A stretch of DNA of 64,000 nucleotides from a virus. The first letter of the stretch is position 1. Every line of letters starts with the position of its first letter. The translations under genes were made by a program, and so were the position numbers. Below, piece by piece: positions 55,569-64,000 of this stretch. The notes beneath the pieces are model-generated. The model was not told the DNA's origin, ran no database searches, and worked only from the letters and a program-made list of their open reading frames with translations. Location of the stretch: IMG/VR virus record IMGVR_UViG_3300025093_000013, positions 32,001 to 96,000 of that record; one strand, written 5' to 3'.

Positions 55569-58500
55569 ATGGCATTTATACCCGCAGACCTTTACACAGC
55601 AAGCGCAGGAGTTGAGCTTTACAACTACTGGAACCCTTTTGTAACCAAGCACGATGCAAGCTCTTTCTACAATTGGGAGGAGGATAACCTTCCACTTTAT
55701 GATGTTGAGGAGAGAACTGATTTCCTTTGGGAGCGATTAGGTTTCCCAGCTTCCTCCATCCCAGGAATGGCTTTATGTGTATCTTCATCCTCACCAACTG
55801 GTAACAATAATGTCTTTACTTCATTATCAGCGGCAGTGGATGCGCTCCCTGAAGTAATTAGAATGCCTACTCTCATTGAGGTAGCCGTTAGCGGTGATTT
55901 AGGGACCCTTGAGTTAAAGAACATTAAGTGCGTAGGGGATGGTAAGCTTGAGATTATTAACAGGGTTTTCTCACCTATAACTAGAGGCCAAGCCACCGTC
56001 ACTGCTATTGGATCCACTGCAACGAGAAAAGCAATTACATCTGTAATTGCGGGCGATATGTTCGATACTATTGCTGCTACCTCCGCATTGTCAGTTTCTC
56101 AAAACACTTCGGATCTTTTCGGAAATGGGTCGATTGCCTACAACGGTGCGTCCTTTGTAATTCAATCTAACGAGTCTGGGGGTGGTGATTTCAGACCAGA
56201 TCAGCTTTCCGTAAACTTCCATGCGGGTGGCACTCAAACTTTCCTAGATAACTCAACTAGCACAGTTTTAGTAGGAGACATCGCCTCTGACCCAGCTAAC
56301 AGTGATATTAATGACAGTGCGTCATCACTAGACTATTCTAAAACAGGAGGAGGAGCTACCCTTCAAAGAACCGAAGTTGGAACTTTTGTTGTAGGTGCTA
56401 ACGCTGTTGGAATGTTTACCAATAACACTCTTAGAAGTGTTAAGGTTTACAACTGCGATGGTCCAATTTACATTAGAGGCTTCGCTGTTCAGGGCGCAAC
56501 AGGTCTTGGTCCTACTCCAACTTATTACGAAGACTACGGAATGTCCATCAAGAACTGTAACGACATAGTTATTGAGAACTGTGGCGTTACAAGATCTAAA
56601 GTAGGCGGTCTATATGTCTCCAACTCTGATGTTACTCTAAACCGTAGATTCTTCTCTGGAAGAAACTACGATACTAACAGAGCAAGCACAACTAATTACG
56701 GTGTTAATGCCGTAAACTCCACGATAACTTTATCATCTGACTCATACTCAAACGGGTTAGATGCGGTTTATGTCGCTTACCAGCATGACTACGGAGTTTA
56801 CTTACAGAACTCTAGACTAGTTGGAGGTGGAAACACAGTTTCTACAGCCAGGGCATCCTTAAAAGCTTGCTATAACGCGGAGGCTGGCATTAAACTAGTT
56901 AACTCCGTTATGGACCTTGATTGTGATGTCGATGTTTACTCAAATAAGATTGGTCTGGAAGGAGTCGATTCAGAAATCACTCTAGATGGGTTTGTTTGTC
57001 AGTACAATGATTACAAAGGTGTTGTTGCTGACAACTGTAAGATAGCCTACGGTAAGGAAGCTGTCAATACAGCTACCGCCCTAACCTCTACTTTCGGTGC
57101 AGACGGTATAGCTTACAACTACAGAACAGCATATCATGGAAACGGAGTTCACTTAGAGCTTAACAATTCCAGATACATCCCTTACCTTACAGAAACTCTT
57201 GACACTAGCTGCCCCTTTACTTTGTTTGCACATAACATTGGAATAGATGCACTTTCAGTAAAACCAGCTATTAACCTTAACAACTCAAAGGCAAGTCTAG
57301 TCCACTCTAGAATATCTTCTGTTGCGGAAGGCGGAACTCACAAGCCTGAGTTTGCCTTGAGCCCTACTGTTCCTGCATACGGTGCTGCCATCTCTGGAAG
57401 AAATAATTCTGAGGTAGAGTTGCTTGGAAGTTATAGGTTAGCCACGGTTATAACTGGTCCAAGTGCTATTACTAGAAGGGACGCAGGTATCTTTGTGGAT
57501 AAAAACTCTAGCTGTAGAGTTTCTGGTCCATTCTTCATAGGACAGTATGGAGTAGGTATGTACGCTGCTGGAGGATCCGAGATAACCTTCTGTCCTCACA
57601 CTGAAGACTCACAGTATGGATTTGCATCAACCTCTTTTGATCTAACTGGTCAAGTAGGAAACCATACTTCTGTGGAAGTTCATGCTTACGGCCCTTGTAT
57701 GGTTGTAGATGAGGACTCCACCATAAACATGAGAGATCTTGGTGATGCTTTCTCCATGTACCCACTAGCTAATCAAAGTGACGATTATCCAGCAGGGTAT
57801 CATGGTGATGTTTCCGCTTATACTCATGCGGGCGGTATGTTCTTCATGCCAAACCCAAATACTGCAACTGTTACTGGTGAAGTTCTTCATACCAACAACA
57901 GTGCTAAGATTACTTACACCAGCGAGCCCACCGCTAACTTCGCATTCCAATCAAACCAAACCTTAGGTAATGGAAAGTATAACCGTTACTTAGCCACTGT
58001 TGCTAACTTAGGTGCTGATCAGGAGCAGGTATCTAAAGGTGGTGTTTGTGTTCAGGCACTAGGTAACAGTGTTGTTAATGTAAACAATGTTAGTTTCAAT
58101 GCTGTCTCTGCTATTGGTGATGGTGCCTACTACGATGCCCTTAACAGCCCAAATCTTTGTAACAACCTAAGAATCTGGTCATTTGGAGGAGGTGCTACTC
58201 TTAATTGCAACCATGTCGCTGTAAGTGGAACTTACCCATCTCAGGCAGGGTATCACGGTCCAAAAGCTATTTACTACAATGAAGATGACCCCGTAGGATA
58301 TGTTCCTTCTGCATTGCACACCTCTGCTTTCGGACACTATCCTTACGGATATAAGTACAGCTTAAGTACCCTTAGTGGAGTAGACTTTAGAACAAATAGC
58401 TCGCCTAGTGCAGGAGCAGATCCTATCACAGGAAAGCTTCGCAATGAAAACTTCAACCATCTAGAAGCGTCTACCGTCGGTGGTACGAGCCCTTTCTTCA

Positions 58501-59207
58501 GCGGCCTTTCCGTTCTAGACCAATACGGGGCTGGCATGAATGTATACACGACATTCACAGGTCTAACAGGTATCGGAGTTTCGGCAGGAGGAACAGGACA
58601 ATACCTACCTGAAGCTGTAAGGTACTATCAAGCAAGGTCAGGTCAAACAGGATTCCCTGATGGCCTTCCCTACTCAACTTCTATCTCTGCAATACAATCA
58701 GGTCCTTACTTCTTTGGAAGGACTTCCCATGAAAATACAGGACCCTTTAGATTATACTTAGAGCCTGATCCCTTTGCACATAAATTACGGTATACAAACT
58801 GCTCTAGCCTCAACGATAACAGATTGTATCAAGTGTATTCTCAAGGCTATCATGCATCGGGGTCAATGTCGGCTACTGATTTTGATTTATCAACCTGGGG
58901 TGGTAGAACAGGGTTTTTATCTAGATTCGGAGGGGCTTACAGGTCACTTCCTACTGGCGGAGCTTTGTATGTAGGCGTAGAAGATATGGTAAGGACTGAG
59001 AACTATAATATTAGGTTAGACGAATCTTCTGCACATGCATTCGCAAACTCAAAACATTGCTCTAATGAATTTGCAGGAAGACCGAAGATGGTTGATATCT
59101 ATAGAGGAACACTTGGACAGGGAGGCGCTTTGAATGAAAATGCTAATACCGATTCGGGAGCAGGGTTCAAATCACCTCACACATTCGATCTTAGGAGAAA
59201 CTACTGA
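55569..59207 (+). CDS. Tailspike / right-handed beta-helix (pectin-lyase-like) protein
   Basis: FTSLSAAVDALP and repeated G-h-x-h-x-N-S rungs; 1212 aa. Confidence 0.75.
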   Translation: MAFIPADLYTASAGVELYNYWNPFVTKHDASSFYNWEEDNLPLYDVEERTDFLWERLGFPASSIPGMALCVSSSSPTGNNNVFTSLSAAVDALPEVIRMPTLIEVAVSGDLGTLELKNIKCVGDGKLEIINRVFSPITRGQATVTAIGSTATRKAITSVIAGDMFDTIAATSALSVSQNTSDLFGNGSIAYNGASFVIQSNESGGGDFRPDQLSVNFHAGGTQTFLDNSTSTVLVGDIASDPANSDINDSASSLDYSKTGGGATLQRTEVGTFVVGANAVGMFTNNTLRSVKVYNCDGPIYIRGFAVQGATGLGPTPTYYEDYGMSIKNCNDIVIENCGVTRSKVGGLYVSNSDVTLNRRFFSGRNYDTNRASTTNYGVNAVNSTITLSSDSYSNGLDAVYVAYQHDYGVYLQNSRLVGGGNTVSTARASLKACYNAEAGIKLVNSVMDLDCDVDVYSNKIGLEGVDSEITLDGFVCQYNDYKGVVADNCKIAYGKEAVNTATALTSTFGADGIAYNYRTAYHGNGVHLELNNSRYIPYLTETLDTSCPFTLFAHNIGIDALSVKPAINLNNSKASLVHSRISSVAEGGTHKPEFALSPTVPAYGAAISGRNNSEVELLGSYRLATVITGPSAITRRDAGIFVDKNSSCRVSGPFFIGQYGVGMYAAGGSEITFCPHTEDSQYGFASTSFDLTGQVGNHTSVEVHAYGPCMVVDEDSTINMRDLGDAFSMYPLANQSDDYPAGYHGDVSAYTHAGGMFFMPNPNTATVTGEVLHTNNSAKITYTSEPTANFAFQSNQTLGNGKYNRYLATVANLGADQEQVSKGGVCVQALGNSVVNVNNVSFNAVSAIGDGAYYDALNSPNLCNNLRIWSFGGGATLNCNHVAVSGTYPSQAGYHGPKAIYYNEDDPVGYVPSALHTSAFGHYPYGYKYSLSTLSGVDFRTNSSPSAGADPITGKLRNENFNHLEASTVGGTSPFFSGLSVLDQYGAGMNVYTTFTGLTGIGVSAGGTGQYLPEAVRYYQARSGQTGFPDGLPYSTSISAIQSGPYFFGRTSHENTGPFRLYLEPDPFAHKLRYTNCSSLNDNRLYQVYSQGYHASGSMSATDFDLSTWGGRTGFLSRFGGAYRSLPTGGALYVGVEDMVRTENYNIRLDESSAHAFANSKHCSNEFAGRPKMVDIYRGTLGQGGALNENANTDSGAGFKSPHTFDLRRNY

Positions 59208-61684
59208 TGCCTAATCACTACGCAGAAAACCAAATCGACCAGAACAAAAAGCAATGGATCGAGAGTGCTTACAAGTTTACACAGCCTGTAAGATACTTTA
59301 AGAACAACGACCCTTACCATTGGGAGATTGATAACATCCCAATCAAGCAGCTAGAGGAGAATGTCCTTTGGCTCAAGGATCAAGTGGAGGCAGGTTCTCA
59401 AGTATCTGGTATAACTCGTAGTGATCTCGCTGAACTAAAGCCTGTTGCCACTGGATCCTCTAGAACTGTAAGAGTTCAAAAAGGTCGATTTACTGCTAGG
59501 ATTAACGATGCATATGGGAAGGGCATCCAAACCCTTATAAAAACTGCTAATGCAACTGTAGATCCAAACGCCCCTTCTGACAGGAAGTTTAAGTTCAATC
59601 TTCCAACGAACATTCTAAAGCAAATCGCGGGTGATGTTGTAGGAGAAGCACTTTACTTCAACGGTCTTTACGAGCATTTACAACATCATCAAGTAAACCC
59701 AAGCCAAGGAAACCTTTCTTGGACTGCTGCTGCTTTGACCACCATAGCAAGCACACCAAAGAACAAGCTCGCAGTTTGGAGACAAGGCCAAACTATGTCG
59801 AACCAAGTTGAAGGTTTGGCCGAGCAAGCAGTAGCTTTCACAAGAAGATGGGGTGGTGCAATCAGAACTTCAATCGTCAATGTAAAGGATGATATTGAGA
59901 TTCAAGTTCCTGCATTCTCAGATACTGATTACTCTAACAACACGGGTTATAGCCCTGCGATGAGAGCGGATCTTCTTTTCGTCTACGCCCATCCAATCGA
60001 TGCTGATTCTACTACGATTGCCCTTCCTGATGGAGAAGGCCCTACAACTATCACTGAGCCCAGACTCGGACTTCTAAAAGGTGCAGGCGTTGTATCTCTA
60101 AAAGGTTTTGGCGAGTACACTGGTTACGATAGCACTGATGCCAATGACGCTGGGTTCTTTGACAGCACTCTTTTCACAGCCAACCAAGAAAATAGTAACG
60201 CATTCTTTAGGGAGACAGACGCTGTTTCAGAGGAGGGACACTTCCAAACAGTATCACCTCTTGCTGATCTAACTGTAGAGCAAGGAGCTTTCGCTGATGT
60301 TTCCGTTAGCTTCCCATCACCTGATGATGTGATGAACCTTACTCCTCTTTTCCAAGAGGGTCTTGAGAATAGCTTCGCTCTTGTTGGACAATCAATTCTT
60401 CCTATTGCTTATGTCATAGTTAGAAAAGGCAAGACTGTTATTGAAGATTCTGATATCATTGATATCCGTCCTTTCTTCAGAACAGCCGAGCTTTCTTACA
60501 ATGAGCGTGCTGGTGTTGCTGCTGCCAACCCACCTCTTTCTTTTGCCAACCCTGCTGTTGGTAAGACTGAGCTTAACTCCACAATGGTAAAGGCTGTAAC
60601 TCAGCTAAAGACTTATGTTGATAGCGCAGTCGGTGGTATTGATACTGGCACTGGTGGTAGCACTGGTGGTGGAGGTTCAAGATTCATCACTAAAGGTGCT
60701 ATCTTAGGAGGCACTAAATTTGGTGTTGAAGGTGCCTTACTAAGTTTAGCAGGGGCTAATGACGACTCTACCATTGGTAATGAACAGGAGGCAATATCCT
60801 ATCTTCAAAATAAGCATGGACTTATAGGTCTTCCCGAACTTCCTCGATTGCCTGGTTGGGACTTAGGAGGATGGACAGCTAATTTAAATGATACCACCGA
60901 CTTAGGATCTTTAAGAAATGATAGAATCAACTGCGCTATTAAGCTGAACAATGGTTCATTCCAAGACTTCACTGGTAGTGAAATAACCCAAAGTGTTGCT
61001 GAATCCCTTTATGATAGAATAGATAACAACAATTTCAGACCGATATCAGATGGAGTTGACGAATTTTTAGGGGGAACTGAAATAATTTATTATCTTAGAA
61101 AAAGGTTAAAGGTTACACTACCTTTAAATGTCATTGATTATGATGTCAATGCTGTTTTAAGAAATTGTGTCCCCTCTAGCGGTTCTGGTGGAACTCGCAA
61201 TAGGTACTCTGGGATTGCTATTGAAAAGCATGGAATAGTTGGTAATGAGGCTGAGTTTACTATTTATGTTGCTTTTACTCCTAACGCTGCTACTGAGTTT
61301 TTCAGTACATTTCCAGGTACAGTAGGTGTTCATAGAGATCAAGTTTTAAATGATAGCTCTTTTGGCCAAAGAGCTTTCTGGGCTCCTATGAACAGCAAGT
61401 CTACGGTTGCCCAAAGAGGCAGAGATGTTTTCTCCGCATTCTCAGTTTTTACTGAGTATTACACGCAAGAGTTTAGAAATGTTAGTACGGGATCAAATTT
61501 CAAGGCTAACAATTCTAGCGATGCCGTTAATCTCAACTTCTACCAACCATCTTGGTCTGCATTAGTTCCCCTTTTAGTTACATACCCAACTGTAGAGTTT
61601 ACTGTCACGGGTCACACTCAAGTTATGGGTCAGAACTATATATTCGACACTCAAACCACAGGTGGACAACCAATCATAACATGA
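59207..61684 (+). CDS. Tail fibre/baseplate appendage protein
   Basis: N-terminal WExDNxP anchor shared with 55569; DIIDIRPFF; Gly hinge. Confidence 0.7.
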   Translation: MPNHYAENQIDQNKKQWIESAYKFTQPVRYFKNNDPYHWEIDNIPIKQLEENVLWLKDQVEAGSQVSGITRSDLAELKPVATGSSRTVRVQKGRFTARINDAYGKGIQTLIKTANATVDPNAPSDRKFKFNLPTNILKQIAGDVVGEALYFNGLYEHLQHHQVNPSQGNLSWTAAALTTIASTPKNKLAVWRQGQTMSNQVEGLAEQAVAFTRRWGGAIRTSIVNVKDDIEIQVPAFSDTDYSNNTGYSPAMRADLLFVYAHPIDADSTTIALPDGEGPTTITEPRLGLLKGAGVVSLKGFGEYTGYDSTDANDAGFFDSTLFTANQENSNAFFRETDAVSEEGHFQTVSPLADLTVEQGAFADVSVSFPSPDDVMNLTPLFQEGLENSFALVGQSILPIAYVIVRKGKTVIEDSDIIDIRPFFRTAELSYNERAGVAAANPPLSFANPAVGKTELNSTMVKAVTQLKTYVDSAVGGIDTGTGGSTGGGGSRFITKGAILGGTKFGVEGALLSLAGANDDSTIGNEQEAISYLQNKHGLIGLPELPRLPGWDLGGWTANLNDTTDLGSLRNDRINCAIKLNNGSFQDFTGSEITQSVAESLYDRIDNNNFRPISDGVDEFLGGTEIIYYLRKRLKVTLPLNVIDYDVNAVLRNCVPSSGSGGTRNRYSGIAIEKHGIVGNEAEFTIYVAFTPNAATEFFSTFPGTVGVHRDQVLNDSSFGQRAFWAPMNSKSTVAQRGRDVFSAFSVFTEYYTQEFRNVSTGSNFKANNSSDAVNLNFYQPSWSALVPLLVTYPTVEFTVTGHTQVMGQNYIFDTQTTGGQPIIT

Positions 61685-61685
61685 T

Positions 61686-64000
61686 ATGGTATCGGTATTT
61701 CAAGACTGCTTTAGAAGAATATTCTCTTACCAGGGGACAGGACCAGACGCGCCTGATCCTGGGGCAGGAACTGACCCTGATGACTGCATAGATAATGATC
61801 CTACATGTTGCGCTCAGAATCCAAACGATCCTGACTGCGACGATGATACTGGTGGTGATGATCCTTGTTTAGATGTTGTAAGTCTATACGGTTGTGGTGA
61901 TGAGAGACCTTGTGCTGACACAGGTTGTTGTGAGGGAAATGTCCCAATAATTCAGAATATCACCAGAGGACAACTCAACGCTCAGTATGGAATACCCTGT
62001 GATGCATCCTTAGAGGGTTGTGTTGATATTGGAGGGCAGAAATACCACCTAGATGCTTGCAACGAATCCTGTTGCCCTAGCAAGCCTTGTGGGTTTATTC
62101 AGTGTGCAGCATCTCAAGATGGTTGCGACCAAACTGATGCAGATGGTTGCTGTGAAGATTATCCGCCTCCTTTCCACATAGCCCAAGATGAAGTATGTGC
62201 AGAGTTTGAGGGGGCGGCTGAACAATACTTTGGAAGGGAGCTTTACTTAAGTGTAGAGCAGTGTGTTGCTGATGGATGTATTAGTGACGAAACCTGTCAA
62301 TATTGGCAATGTACAGCTTTAGATCAATCAGAGAATCTAACGGAATGTACCATAGTAAATCCTACTTTAGTTGATCTTGGTGTAACTGATTGCGAGGACG
62401 CCCCTGATGAAATACAGTACAACGGTAGTCCTGCCTATAAAAGTAAAGATGATTGCAATGCAACATATCCTTGTTGCCCTATGCCCGTCTACTACCAATG
62501 TGACACTGAGTCTCAATCAACTAAGTGCGGGACATGTAATCAGTATACACAGCCAGGATCTTGTGATCTTGTAATTCGTCCCGATATATTTGCTGATCAA
62601 GCTAGTTGTGATGCAGAGTGTCCAGGCACAACAGAAGTATACATATGTAACAATCCAGAACAAGGTTTCTGTGATACTGTTAGTGATTTCTGTACTGCTG
62701 ATGATCCTTTAGGTAATGGAACTAATTACTTCCTAGAGTCAGGAGCTTGTAATGCTACATGTTGCGAACCTGCTACTTATTGGTACTGCCCTGTAGGTAT
62801 TGAAGGAGGGCAGTGTCAAAGCTATGTCGATGATGATTGTATCATAGACTCAGGAAATGCAGGTCCTAACGGAGAGAGGGTCTTTAAGACAAAACAGGCT
62901 TGCGAAAAAAGCCAACAAACTTATTGTTGCGAAGTAGAGCCCTCGAAAGACAACTACACAAATATAAATTGTGAATTTAATGATGGTAATTGTGTAACTA
63001 CAGGTGAATGTGCTACTCCTGATAATGTAGATGTTGTATTTACTGACCTTGTAGAATGCTCACAATCAGTTTTGGACTGTCAAGATTGTTATGATGAACC
63101 TGTAGGACAATCTCTCACTGAAGTAATAGCTGCTAGGCTACAGTTCGCTTACGATGGCGGTAATAGCATTGAGACTTACTACTGCCCAGGAGAGACCACA
63201 AGAACCCTTAGCATATCATCAAGAAATGCACTAGGTCCTAATTTATCGGATGATCCTTCTTACAGTAATTTAGAAGATTTCCAACTACTTATAAATGGAA
63301 ATGTAATAGAGACAGAGGTTGTAGGCATTGATCTAACTTGGACATACGAGATAACTTTAACCTCTGGGCCTTTTACTTTGAACTATGAGTTTAAGGATCA
63401 GTGTGGGACTGTAGTGGCTGCCATTCCAGTTAACTATACTCCAGTTTCTTGTCTAGACTCGTTAGGATCTTTTCAAGAGTGTTTAAGTCTCAATTCCACC
63501 CCAGACCATCCTTTTACATATCCTTGTGCCACTGATCCTTGCGACAGCCCTTTCTCTAGTGATTTCCCAGAGTGTGATACTGGCGGTGGAGGTGGAGGAT
63601 CTGGTCCTATACAAGGACAAGGCACTCCAAGGGATCCTCTTAAGGATACTGACTCAGCCGCCCCAGGCATTCTTAACAGTCCAGGGGTGAACTACCTCAG
63701 GGAGATGAACAGGGTTATTAAGACTCCTAAAATCCTTGATGTCTTAGGTAACGATGAGTTTGTAAGAGCCCAGAGTGCGTTCACGCCCATGTACAACGAT
63801 AAGCATCTAACCATCTTCTCCGATCAAGTACATGCTTCTATTTGGGCTGTGATGAACATTGATACTGAGCCTGAAGCCACAGAGAGGGCGTTTGATGATG
63901 TGTCTCTTAATTACATTTACAGGAGCCTCAATGATAATCTAAAAAAACGAATAGATTTACTTGAGGATTATGACGGTAAGCCTTTGAGACCTAAGATTCT
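61686..64000 (+). CDS. Very Cys/Asp-rich large protein (partial, runs off right edge)
   Basis: Not in ORF track; hand-translated, open from ATG 61686 (MVSVFQDCFRRIFSY...) to the window end, at least 771 codons. Confidence 0.85.
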   Translation, partial: MVSVFQDCFRRIFSYQGTGPDAPDPGAGTDPDDCIDNDPTCCAQNPNDPDCDDDTGGDDPCLDVVSLYGCGDERPCADTGCCEGNVPIIQNITRGQLNAQYGIPCDASLEGCVDIGGQKYHLDACNESCCPSKPCGFIQCAASQDGCDQTDADGCCEDYPPPFHIAQDEVCAEFEGAAEQYFGRELYLSVEQCVADGCISDETCQYWQCTALDQSENLTECTIVNPTLVDLGVTDCEDAPDEIQYNGSPAYKSKDDCNATYPCCPMPVYYQCDTESQSTKCGTCNQYTQPGSCDLVIRPDIFADQASCDAECPGTTEVYICNNPEQGFCDTVSDFCTADDPLGNGTNYFLESGACNATCCEPATYWYCPVGIEGGQCQSYVDDDCIIDSGNAGPNGERVFKTKQACEKSQQTYCCEVEPSKDNYTNINCEFNDGNCVTTGECATPDNVDVVFTDLVECSQSVLDCQDCYDEPVGQSLTEVIAARLQFAYDGGNSIETYYCPGETTRTLSISSRNALGPNLSDDPSYSNLEDFQLLINGNVIETEVVGIDLTWTYEITLTSGPFTLNYEFKDQCGTVVAAIPVNYTPVSCLDSLGSFQECLSLNSTPDHPFTYPCATDPCDSPFSSDFPECDTGGGGGGSGPIQGQGTPRDPLKDTDSAAPGILNSPGVNYLREMNRVIKTPKILDVLGNDEFVRAQSAFTPMYNDKHLTIFSDQVHASIWAVMNIDTEPEATERAFDDVSLNYIYRSLNDNLKKRIDLLEDYDGKPLRPKI

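Noticed and set aside
1-64000. Genome-wide stop-codon reassignment
   Set aside because: Long genes are intact under code 11, and TAA, TAG and TGA all end genes at tight junctions; only the 15516 micro-ORF has an internal TGA.

Overview
64-kb segment of a large, uncultured-type T4-like myovirus (tailed dsDNA phage). No rRNA, tRNA, CRISPR array or transposase was seen. There are three blocks. (1) 0.67-9.1 kb, + strand: small accessory genes (DenV-like glycosylase, dCMP deaminase, DUF3310, DUF4406, sigma-like protein, cupin, DUF4385, thermonuclease, HNH nuclease). (2) 9.47-14.9 kb, - strand: a partly GC-rich island of short transcription units (sigma factor, DUF932, GP88-like protein, secreted lysozyme-like protein, acidic micro-proteins). 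Each unit has its own leaderless sigma70-type promoter, and six units are preceded by a conserved ~65-bp palindrome+hairpin element whose palindrome lies 26-27 bp (once 16 bp) upstream of the -35 box. The island is bracketed by two non-coding direct-repeat loci (9.0-9.45 kb and ~15.0 kb). (3) 15.1-64 kb, mostly + strand: morphogenesis genes (basic putative internal head proteins, terminase, portal, fibres, gp26-like chaperone with a probable -1 frameshift, tape measure, baseplate, tailspikes, and a Cys-rich protein running off the window), with UvsW-like helicase, primase and a Cas4/RecB-like nuclease on the - strand. The best candidate for an undescribed system is the repeat-delimited, leaderless early-gene cassette array. 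All family assignments come from motif recognition by eye, not database searches.
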